Shown one piece after another: positions 39,606 to 54,050 of a DNA stretch of 64,000 bases. Position 1 is the first letter of the stretch. Each line of letters opens with the position of its first letter. A model generated the notes under the pieces. It saw nothing but the letters and a program-made list of their open reading frames with translations. It was not told the origin of the DNA and did not search any database. The DNA is from Hormiphora californensis (taxonomy: Eukaryota > Animalia > Ctenophora), in NCBI GenBank assembly GCA_020137815.1, contig CM035352.1, positions 2,542,001-2,606,000 on the forward strand, in the 5' to 3' direction. The position numbers and the translations under genes are program-made.

Positions 39606-42600
39606 TAGATAGAGAGAGAGAGAGTATATTTATTCTTCTTCAAAACATTTCCTGCATTTATAAAACTTTTACAGGGATAGAGAGAGAGAAAGAGATAGAG
39701 AGTGAGTTATAGAGAAGGGGACATGTTGAGAAGGAATATTGAGACAAAATATTAACAGTTGGAGGGGGGTAACCTACCGTGTGGGGCAATAAAAAGTCCC
39801 CCCCCCCCTAAGTCTACCATAGTTCCAGGTATCGTGGAGTGCTAAAATTTGGTACAGCTATAACTCTATGCATATGAGACAAATAAATAACTTGACCAAA
39901 ATTTCAGACCTCTAGCTCAAAATTCATTTTTTATCGGAATGAACATGGTCATTCATTCCAGAAAAAAATATTTTCCGGTCCAAAATTTAACCAATTATGT
40001 TTGGCTATCGATTAGCTTTCCAATGTGACCGATATCAGTTAATTTGGACCACCACAAGAGATACAGTGTCATGTTTCTTAAAGTTAGTCAGGTCATGTGA
40101 TCCTCACCGAATCGTTGAGTATCCGGGATCGCTAATCGGGCCAAGCTCAAGGGGCAGGGGAATCTCGTATCACAGCCGCTAATGAGGTCTGTGTACCAAT
40201 TCAGGGTGATGTGATTCGAGGAAAGAGGACATTTATCCCGATTAGCGATCCCGGATACTCAACGATTCGGTGAGGATCACATGACCTGACTAACTTTAAG
40301 AAACATGACACTGTGTCTCTTGTGTTTGTCCAATTTAATTGATCTCGGTCACATTGGAAAGCTAATCGATAGCCAAACATAATTGGTTAAATTTTGGACC
40401 GGAAAATATTTTTTTCTGGAATGAATGACCATGTTCATTCCGATAAAAAATGAATTTTGAGCTAGAGGTCTGAAATTTTGGTCAAGTTATTTATTTGTCT
40501 CATAGAGTTACTGTACCAAATTTTAGAACTCCACGATATCTGGAACTATGGTAGACTTGGGGGGGGGGGGGACTTTTTATTGCCCCACACGGTAGTTGAG
40601 CAAATTGTATTATATTGAAATCACAATAAATGTTATGTGAGGTGTCGAGGGTTGATTGACATCTGAGTTCACACGTCACATTATTTTGATTTTTGTACGT
40701 ACCCCCCCCCCCCCCCCCATCATATCTCTATCTCTTCAAAGACTTCTTATTTGGAGGCTAGAAGGAACTCGACATGATCTTACAGCCTTTTACATAAAAT
40801 CTCTATGTAGGGGGTATAGGAGCTATCCTAACGCACAACCATTACAGGAGGGAGAGAAAGTGGCATTGCAGGGTGAGCTAGTTGAGAAGGAACGAATGCT
40901 GAGCAGTGAGGCTAAACTCAGATTACACATGACCTCTCAAATTGCAACCAACTCTGGAAATGTTAGTGATCTTCAAACCTAGATACTGTACCCGCTTTAT
41001 CTAGTTTCAAACCCAAATCTGGTGTTAATCAATTTGAATCCCTTGTGTCAGGAAATTGCCCTTGAGAGTGAACGAAAGAAGGTAGCCAAGCTAGAAGAGA
41101 GATCTGAAGATCTGGTTGAGAGGGTTGACAAACTGAAGGTTGCTCTTGAGGAAGCTGAATCTGGGAGACGAAAACTACGGGAGGAGATGGAAGATATGAG
41201 TAGAAACCAACCGAGTACTAATGGTCTAGAGGACAAGGTGAGGGCGTTGAAAGAGAAGTTAATCAGGGAGAAGGAGGGATCCAAGAAGCTCCAGGAAGAT
41301 ATGGTAGCAAGGGTAAGGAAGACCCAGGAGATTGCCAGGGAAGAAGCGGCACAACGGAAGGAGCTGACGGAGAAGTTCATCTCGTAAGTTCACCGTTCAG
41401 TAATAATGAAATTGAATTGTCAGCCCATGCTTGAATTAATCATCTTCTAGTTCTATGTTCTCAGCTCTGAGCTCAGGCCGTTTTCTATTCCCCGCCATTG
41501 CATAAATCGCATTCCGTTATAATACTGCACAGTCCACTTGCACGGTCAGAGTATTGGCCTGACAGTATTAATACTAACTATTATACTTCACCGATATATT
41601 ACTAAAACATAGTTGCCTAGGGTGAAGAGTGAGGTGGGTGAAATGGCCGGTAGGATAGCTGTCCTGCTGTCTGAGAATGAGCGACTAAAACAAGACTGCC
41701 AAACCCATGTCAAGGAAATAACTTCGCTCAGGGAACAACGCAGTGAAATTGAAACGCTAATGAAAACTGAATTCGTTCCAAGGTAGGTAGATTGATACAC
41801 TTCTCTCATTTAGTTCTAAGATACACCTAGATGGACCAGTTCTCCTGGCCCTAAAATCACATACAACCCCTAAAACCACTGCGCTGACGAGCGCAAAGGT
41901 GGCCATTCCCCCTCCCCCATTATATTATACAATATCCGCTGTTACAGGAGAGAAGCGGAAACAGCACGGAAGGAATATGAAACGAAAAATCGTGTTGAAC
42001 TTAATCGGAAGTTCCATGAAATACAAAAGAAAATGGAATACGATTCACAGTCTCGAGAAAAAGTTGATAAAGCCAGGTATGTATTTGAATATTAAATTAG
42101 TATTAAATTAATATTTGACCGATTCCCTAGGAAAAGTTTCTTAGAGATTAGATGGCTCAAAGTGGCAAAATTTTCTTTGAGATTAGGTGGGTCAAAGTGA
42201 GAAAGTTTATGAAAGATTATGTTGGTCAGAGTGGGAAAGTTTCTTAGAGATTAGGTGAGTCAAAGTGGAAAAGTTTCTTAGAGGTTAGGTTGGTCAAAGT
42301 GGGAAAGTTTCTTAGAGATCAGGGGGGGTAAAAGTTGAAAAATTCCTTAGAGATTAGGTGGGTCAAAGTGGGAAAGTTTCTTAGAGATTAGGTGAATTAA
42401 AGTGGTAAAGTTTCTTAGAGATTAGGTGGGTTAAAATGGGCAAGTTTCTCAGAGATTAGGTGGGTCTGTTTTGCTTTGTCCGACCCTGTCTCACCGCACC
42501 GCGGGTTAGAAATAGAACATACCAATAACCAGATCAGTTACCAGTGACCACTCCTCTCGCTCTGCTCATGGGAGTAAGCATCATGTGATATAACATTAAC

Positions 42601-44381
42601 TGGCATTTCTGATTGAGTGATAAAATATCTTTATTTGACAGGGCTGATGTGGAAACAAAGGTACGGGAAGACCTCGCCACCTCGAACAGACAACTAAAAA
42701 GCAAGATTGAACATTTCACAGACCAACTGGACCAGTCGCAACGCCAACTTTCCGATATACAGTTTGAAAATCAGAAACTAAAAAACATGTTGGCTGAGGA
42801 AAGGAGATCAACTGATAGGTTATTGTCAATGTCACATCGGGATCAAGGCTACCCTGCTGGGGGGATGTTAGTACCTCCATTGAACCTTGCTTCTACACCG
42901 GCCTCCCCACGAAGCCCTCTCCGACCTTTTGATAATGTCAACTCAAGGTAACTGCACGTCATAGTTATATCAATTCCGAATGCAGCCTGTCAGAGCATTG
43001 GCCTGACCCTCATTTCGGAGCGCGCGAGAACTGTGGTCAGAGCTTGGTATCGAAGACACCTCACACTCTGTTTAGCTCACACTCTGCTCAGGTCGCCGGG
43101 AGACCTTCGCGCGCGCTGGCAAGGGGTAACTTCGTAACCAAGGTCAGAGCATTGGCCTGACAGAATCTTCTTCTTCTTCTATGAGTGTCGGGTATGAAAC
43201 CCTAAAGAACTATCGCGACTTTCGTCATTGCGATTTGGTCGACACTGGTGTGAGTGGCCCCCTCGGGTGAAGCTGACAGAATGTGTGCTATACTTGATAG
43301 TTGTAGGCAAAAAAGTAAAGGTTTCAAGCACACTCTGGCTAAAACCTTGCCCTTAGCTGGCTTACAATACACTGTGAAGCATAATGTATTACTATTTTTA
43401 ATTAAAGCTTGGTCAACCTTTTCCCTCTCATGTCTCAATTCTCATCGCTAGGGGGCACATAGTTTGTTCATTGTTATAAGTGAATGATAAACATACTCAG
43501 GTTGCACATTACAACACTACAACAATGCACTGTGCTTGTTTTTACTTCAACCAAACTATATAATGCCGTCAAACGATGAGAAATATAGGTTAAGTCGGAT
43601 CCTTTGAAGTTATCACCCCCCTGGGTGGAACGCTATTTTTATTTGCGCTTCGGAAAATTTTTTTGGCTCTCACGCCTTTGTTTCTTGACCAATTTCGTAA
43701 AATAAATTTTTTATGGACTCACAAAATTATGCTCTTTCCGATGATATGCGGCTTTTTGCCGAAAAGTGAGAGCAAGTGGGGGCTGTCACGCGCAAATACG
43801 ACGCCGCACGTGAAAATGGGGTGACAACTTCAAAAAATCCGACTTTAAGTGTATGTACAATGTACATGGTGCAGATATGCACTTACGCCCATGTTATAGA
43901 GGCCAAAATAGCCAAACCCGGCCTGAACTCCGGGATTGATCTGGCTTTTTTGATCTGGCTTTTTTGATCTGGCTTTTTTGATCTGGCTTTTTTGATCTGA
44001 CTTTTTTAGCCCTTTTTGGCTATTTTTACCTAAAAAAGTAGGGCCAAAAAAGCCAAACCCGCCCTGAAATCCAGAATTGATCTGTACTGGCTTTTATGGC
44101 CGTGCCCCCCCCCCCCTTAGGCCTTATATGTGTCTTCTTACTAACAATATGCGTGTTTCAGTCGCACTCAAGATGGTGACATGATGATGTTGATAAGATC
44201 AAAGGTTAACGAGACGTTAAGCAGGTGTATGCCAGTAGAAGAGCAGCAGCAGTCTGGAAGGATAACACCGAGGAGTAGGGGTAACACACCGGGGAGGCGA
44301 TCACCCGTTAACATGGACTTCCTATCTCCTGCCCCCCGAGAGGGTGAACCCATCCGGACGTCTGCTGGCAGCTCAATTTAA
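28771..44381 (+). CDS. Large coiled-coil protein, about 26 exons, C-terminal part reminiscent of ANKRD26/CCDC144-like proteins
   Basis: ATG at 28771 (MSDYSDYSDDEDDG). A chain of GT-AG exons with heptad E/K/L/Q-rich sequence (e.g. 29094-29326, 30790-30915, 32401-32562, 34941-35186, 40848-40961, 41052-41383, 42643-42947), and a last exon 44162-44381 with a Ser/Pro/Arg-rich tail. The family assignment is by-eye resemblance only. Confidence 0.85.
29615..30741. mobile_element. ~1.1-kb non-autonomous DNA transposon with ~27-bp TIRs and about 12 internal GCACCTCAC motifs
   Basis: CATATGGTCATTTTTTTTTTAACTTGTGCAA ... TTGCACAAGTTAAAAAAAAAATGACCATATG. The target is CATATG, so the TSD is TA or ATAT (ambiguous). 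Confidence 0.85.
35594..36319 (-). CDS. Secreted His-rich tandem-repeat protein / multi-copy peptide precursor (signal peptide + 25 x ERRHHHGVE), nested antisense in an intron
   Basis: ATG in an A-rich context, then MKIILFVALAVMAVNG (basic n-region, hydrophobic core, V-x-G cleavage site). 225 aa equals exactly 25 9-aa units, with the stop directly after the last unit. AATAAA lies about 115 nt downstream (35479-35474). Repeat variants are synonymous or E>D in this frame only. Confidence 0.9.
   Translation of the reverse strand: MKIILFVALAVMAVNGEDRHHHGVEERRHHHGVEERRHHHGVEERRHHHGVEERRHHHGVEERRHHHGVEERRHHHGVEERRHHHGVEERRHHHGVEERRHHHGVEERRHHHGVEDRRHHHGVEERRHHHGVEERRHHHGVEERRHHHGVEERRHHHGVEERRHHHGVEERRHHHGVEERRHHHGVEERRHHHGVEERRHHHGVEERRHHHGVEERRHHHGVEERRHHHGVEERRHHHGVE
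35597..36271. repeat. 27-bp coding minisatellite, 25 units
   Basis: Plus-strand unit CTCAACTCCGTGATGGTGACGGCGCTC. Confidence 0.97.
36686..38119 (+). mobile_element. Interspersed element embedded in (GA)n, with an internal minisatellite and a structured ~103-nt right end
   Basis: Flanked by (GA)n on both sides. The terminal module 38017-38119 recurs at 39461-39563 and, alone within GA-rich sequence, at 52748-52850. Confidence 0.55.
37071..39968. repeat. Near-identical tandem duplication (about 1.46 kb + 1.43 kb)
   Basis: 37071-38536 is repeated at 38537-39968. Both copies begin ATCGGAGATGATTATTTGGAACGGGG and end ...CATTCATTCCAGAAAAAA. Confidence 0.93.
37087..37706. repeat. 23/24-bp minisatellite (CTGGA(A/G)CGGGGTCAGCTGTCTTTA-like), about 26 units
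   Basis: Direct tandem units of mixed 23/24-bp length. A second array at about 38553-39149 is one unit shorter. Confidence 0.93.
39777..40592. mobile_element. 816-bp foldback MITE with ~360-bp TIRs and TA TSD
   Basis: TA|CCGTGTGGGGCAATAAAAAGTCCCCCC ... GGGGGGACTTTTTATTGCCCCACACGG|TA. The arms extend to about 40140 and from about 40237. Confidence 0.9.
42131..42465. repeat. ~34-bp minisatellite (AAAGTTTCTTAGAGATTAGGTGGGTCAAAGTGGG), about 10 units, intronic
   Basis: Degenerate direct tandem repeats. Confidence 0.85.
43044..43141. mobile_element. Tiny MITE with 9-bp TSD inserted into a GTCAGAGCATTGGCCTGAC repeat element
   Basis: GGTCAGAGC|TTGGTATCGAAG...CTTCGTAACCAA|GGTCAGAGC. The uninterrupted host is seen at about 1404-1485. 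Confidence 0.85.
43592..43845. mobile_element. Second copy of the MITE at 1586-1801, inverted
   Basis: Same TIRs and internal sequence (GGACTCACAAAATTATGCTCTTTCCG...GGGGGCTGTCAC). Confidence 0.8.
43938..44008. repeat. 14-bp tandem repeat (GATCTGGCTTTTTT)n
   Basis: About 5 direct copies. Confidence 0.85.
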
Positions 44382-44638
44382 GATCCAGAGCTTATGATTG
44401 TTGTTATTGTTGTTATGTTAACTTAATTAGGAGATAGGGTGTTCAATCTGACAATATCTGAATTGGACACCCCGTACGAGAACTAAGGATGTTCCGACTA
44501 TTTATCAGCAGCACTTCATTTTTTTCAGAAAACGATATGAAATGTTTTCTGTATAGTTTGGAAATGAGTTTATTTGTTTAATAAAGTATTGCAGTTACAC
44601 TGGCAGTAGCTGTCTGGCGCCGCCGACCCCATCTGAGC

Positions 44639-44738
44639 TTGGTATCGAAGACACCTCACACTCTGTTTAGGCTTCGCGGCCTTCGTTTGGCGTGCTTCGC
44701 ACGCCGCGCCGGCAAGGGAGGGGTAACTTCGTTACCAA
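44639..44738. mobile_element. Tiny MITE (same family as 43044-43141) with 8-bp TSD
   Basis: ATCTGAGC|TTGGTATCGAAGACACCTCACACTCTGTTTAG...CTTCGTTACCAA|ATCTGAGC. Confidence 0.85.
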
Positions 44739-45604
44739 ATCTGAGCGCACTCGTGGGGTATGGCGCCGCCATACAGGGCAGTAGGCACTTATACTAATTA
44801 TGATTTTCCGTGTCACAAAGTCCAAAGACTCAAATAATGACTGTATTCGACGTGACTGACGTGATTGTGATATGAGTGTGACAACTATACGCTGAGTCTG
44901 TCAGTGTCTGGTGAATCCCGGATGTTATCGATAATAAATATATGCTTTGTAATTAATTTCGTATGTTGTGAAGTTTCATTTGAATAAAATTACGTTGCTA
45001 AAATCACAGTCCACTTGTTTTTTTTCTGTCTCAATCTGACGGCGCCACTGCGCCAGAGACCCCATTTGAAATTGATATGTGTCTGGTGGCGCCAGACTCC
45101 AAGTCCAAATTGATGCAGCTTGCGCTCAGAGTCAGATTAGATAGATGGGGTTGGCGGCGTCAGAGTCAGACAGTATCTGGTGTAGTGGCGCCAGACTCCA
45201 TTTTGATTCTCAAAAAGACATAATAAAAGATGAAATCTGACTAGGTCCTTTAATAGGTCGGTTCGATAATTATCAGATAATCAAATCGAGGTATGGTGCC
45301 GCCAGACAGCATTTTATTAACTTTTAGTGGGGAGAGAAAACGGTTAGCGCGTGTTTTTCAATTTTAATCTGCAGTATTGTGCCGCGCGGCGCGCGCTCTG
45401 TAGCTTTTTTCCCTAAAATTGCATTGCAAATTTTCTTAGCTTTTTTTGTGAAGTTGTTGCCAGAAAAACTTAAAACACGTTTCACTTTGGGTCTTGTTAC
45501 TTGTAAGTTGTCTCATGTAGGCTATCCGCTATATTGCATAACATGTGAGGCAAAATCTGTAGCATCCTTATTAGTGTTTGCACCAACTTGAGTCTAAAAA
45601 CCAT

Positions 45605-45838
45605 CTAAAGGTCCCCCCAAACTACTATGTCCCTTGCTGCGCGCGACCGGATTTTAGACGGCCATAGCTCCACCCCCTGATAAGATAGAGACTTGAAATT
45701 TGTTTTGTAGGGAGATCATATCGAGTTCTTCGTACAAAACAAATTTCAAGTCTCTATCTTATCAGGGAGTGGAGTTATGACCGTGGGAAATTTCACAAAA
45801 CCCGAGTGAGGGACATAGTAGTTTGGGGTGTACTTTAG
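45605..45838. mobile_element. Small foldback MITE with nested inverted repeats
   Basis: Outer IR CCCCAAACTACTATGTCCCT / AGGGACATAGTAGTTTGGGG. Inner IR CCCTGATAAGATAGAGACTTGAAATTTGTTTTGTA with its reverse complement. A related core is at about 20655-20755. Confidence 0.75.
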
Positions 45839-46591
45839 TACACCTCCTGATTGGAGCATCGGGCCTCCTTCGAATGGCCTGGGCCTGTACACAATTTGTG
45901 TGCGATCCCAAGCAATTCGAAGTAGGCTCTACTTGTGTGATTTAGCATATGAAAATGCTCCTCTAGCAGTTAAGGCTACAAGAATAATAACTATTTTGTG
46001 ATGATGATGATTGCGTAGCAAAGAGCGGACTGCGGGCTATGTTACATTTAAACTTTTCATCTTGTGGCACACGCCTGACTTGTGGCACGAATATAAAATC
46101 CTTGGGCATTTGTACTGTTGTAAGTTGTTATCAAGCTTTTCATTTCAAACCTTATGTCCGCGTGACCTTATCTAATTTCGTAATAAAAAATCCGGTGCTT
46201 GCTCACATCTCCAAGCTGCCCAGTGCTCTCTCTCTCTGAATTTAAAACTCATGTGTATAATATCCTCGCCTCTTGAGGCAGGTATAAAGCACGCATCTTT
46301 TTACCAAGTTGTCCCTAAAAAATACAATTAAACTTTATTTTACCACTGACACGCGTTCGATTGTTTGTACAATCAGCTTTTTTATCGAATGTAGTGCCCG
46401 CCATTCTAATCTGTAGAACAAGCTTGTAGAAAGCTACAATCGCTGTCAGCAAGTTTATCGCAGCAGTACCTGTCAAATGTTTTTGCAAACTATGGGAAAC
46501 CCTGTGACAATGCGAGGACATGTGATGGTGTACAATTTCACGAAAATTGAATATATTTCTTCTACTTATCTCCACATATTGTTTGATAGCC

Positions 46592-50245
<3,654 letters not shown>

Positions 50246-51648
50246 GATGCTGTGTATTCCAGCAGGGGGTGAGTGAAAATATGAGTAAATTGGGAAGTGG
50301 AAAGTGAGAGAAAGTGAGAGAGAGATGCGTTAACTGAAGGCACTGGTTGTCAAATAACTCTCAAATATACATCCTCACTGAGAGGAAGTGACTCTGTGTT
50401 ATCCACTTTTAACGAGCCATAATGATTGTGAAAAAAGTGTACAAAATACTACTAAGAAATAATAAGAGACACAACCGTACTGGTCTGTACATATAATAAA
50501 GAAAAGTTAAAAAAGAGAAGGGCACGAGACGTTCTTCTAAACCATTTGGTATTGCCAAAATCGCTGTTTTGTTGAGAATATCTAGAGAAAAGATCTCTCT
50601 CTTTCTCTCTCTCCAATCTATATTGTACATACAGCTAACCATCACTGTATTGGCACAATCAAGAGGGATATGAAACGAGAGAGATAGAGAGAGAATAATC
50701 TCTTTTTACTATGGTTTTAGCTGTGATATATAACTATCTTAAAACTTTGTAAAGAATCTGTTTTATAAATTTGATTTAGTCAGAGTGAGAGTGTGTGACT
50801 GCATTGTCGGCCATGTGCAACTGTGTTTATGAAAGGATACAAGTGGCAGAAGAAAGAGGCTCTCTCTAGCTGGGAGAGTGATAGAGAGTTATTCAGAGTG
50901 GATTTGGAGTAGTATTATTTGCACATGTGCTTGAGCGGCTAACAGCTCCCACCGAACTGACTGATATTTTATTGTTTTACATGTGTACACATACTGTCAT
51001 AATGCCAATATCTTTGTTCCTTTTTTTGAAATTAAAAATCTTGTACGCCGTGGACCAAGCCCCTCTACATGTTAAATGAGTTAGCGAGTAGAGAAGGAGA
51101 GATAATAACAACGCCGATTTTGTTCATTTTAAGGAATGTTTTTTAAATAGTTTGGTCCACACGCTTTACGTTGAATTGTTTACTGTTAAGAAAAGTAAAA
51201 ACAGCTGAATGTTAATTTGGTTTTCTGTACAATGTGTGTTATTTATTTTGACAAACTCATTAACTTTTTCATTCTTATATTTGTCCCAAAATTTAAACTC
51301 CATCAATAATTCATGCCACTATTATAACAGACTACAGAGGAGGAGCGTGCTGTCCTTTAAATAAAGATGTCTGTGATTGTTTTTTGTTTATTTGTTTGTT
51401 TGTTTGTTTGTTTGTTTGTTTGTGGTGTTGTTTGTTTGTGTGTTTATTTTTTTGTTTGTTAGTGGGTTTGTTTGTTTGTTTGTTGCAAGGAATTCCAGGT
51501 CTAGTTTCCACCGTACACTCCTGGAAGAAAACAGCATCTCAACTTCTCATGATCAATCCCTGATCAATCGCTGAGTGAACATTTCCAAGAGGATCAGAGA
51601 TAGAGGGAGAGAGAGGGGGAGAGAGAGGGAGAGGAGAGAGAGAGGGGG

Positions 51649-51680
<32 letters not shown>

Positions 51681-52254
51681 AAGAGAGAGTGGGAGAGAGA
51701 GAAGGAAGATCCACTACTGTCTGGGAAGTTAAGGAGCTGGCCTGTGGGAGGCGTGGGTTATACTGCACCTGACAAACTATTGTTCACTGGAGTGAGCCGC
51801 CAATGAGCCACTCTTCATCCAATCACGTGATACACACCTTGACTGAACAGGTGCTTAACTAATCTAACTATACCCTTCCCCCCCCCTCTCTCTCCTCTCT
51901 GAAGAACAGGCCCCTGCTGTTCAATCTCAATACTAGCTCCATCAATTCTCTCTCTTTCTCTGTCTGTGTGTCTCTCTTTCCGTCCCACTGTCTCTCTAAT
52001 ATCTCTCCCTCTCTCTCCATCTCACACTATATCATCATCATCTTCTCACGGCCGCTCTGTTTCCGTCCCTTTGGATGGGCGTGGCGGCTTGATAACAGAC
52101 AGCTGGAGAACAGAATATAAATGTGAACCATTCCCTGCTGTGTGTTTCAAACCTTTCTCTCTCTCAAAATTATTTGTCATTTAAAATATAAGAATGTCTT
52201 CCCTTTCTCTTTCTCTCTCGAAGGTGGCAATATAATATACTCTCTCTCTCTCTC

Positions 52255-52315
<61 letters not shown>

Positions 52316-52343
52316 GCTCTCTCTCCCTCTCTCTATCTCTCTC

Positions 52344-52383
<40 letters not shown>

Positions 52384-52747
52384 CTCCCTCTCTCCGGCAC
52401 ACGTGTAAATACATGGCACGGATGCCAGGAATGAGAAACGGTAATAGGCAATTAGTTGACTCAATGGGAGATAGCTACATTCTACCCAACTGTGTGCCAA
52501 GGAAATAAAAGATCACCAGTAGTATCACTATAATAGTGATGTGGCAGAAAGTGTTTGACTGTGGTAGCAGAGCACTTGTTCCACATCAAATTCCGGACAC
52601 TTCCTAATAATAAAACTCAGATCCACCGGATCTGTCTACCTGAAAGATCTTTTTTTATATTCAACCATCGCCTTTCAATGTATTCAGTGTGCCCTAGAGA
52701 GAGGGAGAGAGGGAAAGAGAGATAGAAAGAGAGAGACAGAGAGATAG

Positions 52748-52850
52748 CCTCCGGGCCCTCAGATCCAACAGGATCCGGGCTCGGGGGATTTAACCCTGTT
52801 CTCGCATGGGGCCTTACGGCCCCATGTGGGAGTGGTGCGTGTAGTGGACT
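52748..52850 (+). mobile_element. Isolated copy of the structured terminal module, within GA-rich sequence
   Basis: Nearly identical to 38017-38119 with a few substitutions. Confidence 0.75.
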
Positions 52851-53546
52851 GAGAGAGAGTGAGAGAGAGAGTGTGTGTGTGTGTAGGATGTTTTGTAGGA
52901 TGTGCACGGGAAGGTGCTGCACTATAAAATGGTTAAGTCTCCACCTCGATGTACCTACAGACAGTAGCTGCAATAGCATCACCACCTTCTTCCCAGCATA
53001 TACATGTATTATTACCATCGTTGTGCTATCTCAGCTGATAGGTAAATTCGCTGGGGGAAGTAGTGGGGGATAAATGTAACAGAGAAACATTTCATGACAT
53101 GTTGTGAGATGAGAATATATATACTGTGACATTTTGTACATCTTGTACATTTCTCATTTCCTGGTTGTCTATATGAACCACACACACATCTAGCAAACAC
53201 ACACACAAACTCGTTCATTGTGGGTCACTCATACACACTGTGAAATACAGATTATATATAATGAATGAATGTTGGTTAGTTTAAACCACACGTACGTATG
53301 TGTGTCAAAAATTACTTTGGTTTGTTTCTCGCTCAGATCTCTCTCTCTGTTGGTATATAAATATAACAATGCCCTGTACCCTAGCTCTTAGAGATCTCTA
53401 CTGTTGGCGACTCTAGTCTTACTCATCATCCCCTATATGGTATGACCTACTCATAAAATGCTCCGTTTTCGTGATCGGACATTATATACCCCCATACCAT
53501 ATGAAAGGCCCCCATGAAAGGTGAAGAGAATGGGGGGAGAGAGAGG

Positions 53547-53704
<158 letters not shown>

Positions 53705-54050
53705 AGATAGATAGATAGGGAGATAGAGATAGATAGAGAGAGAGAGGGAAACAGTACTTTGAGAAACTTTGGTACATCTCTCTGACAGTGTTTCATTGTC
53801 ATGAATGAATATAATAAATATGACATTCTGTAGAACAGCTGCAGTCAGCTGTGGGGTTATTACTGATTATTGCTCCCCCACCATTAAGATGAGGAGAAAG
53901 AAGGGACTTTATACCCCGGTCCGGGTATAATATAATTGCATCCCTACACAATGGTCCCTGTACACGGACAAATTACTGCGTAGACCATGCTGGGCCCCCA
54001 GATAACCTAATTAGCTCAGAATGGTATATTAAGCGAAAGTAATTAGTATT

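Noticed and set aside
44609-45310. Possible element bounded by GCTGTCTGGCG / CGCCAGACAGC with internal GGCGCCAGACTC repeats
   Set aside because: No clear TSD and uncertain boundaries. It is probably a TE but is not supportable as a defined feature.
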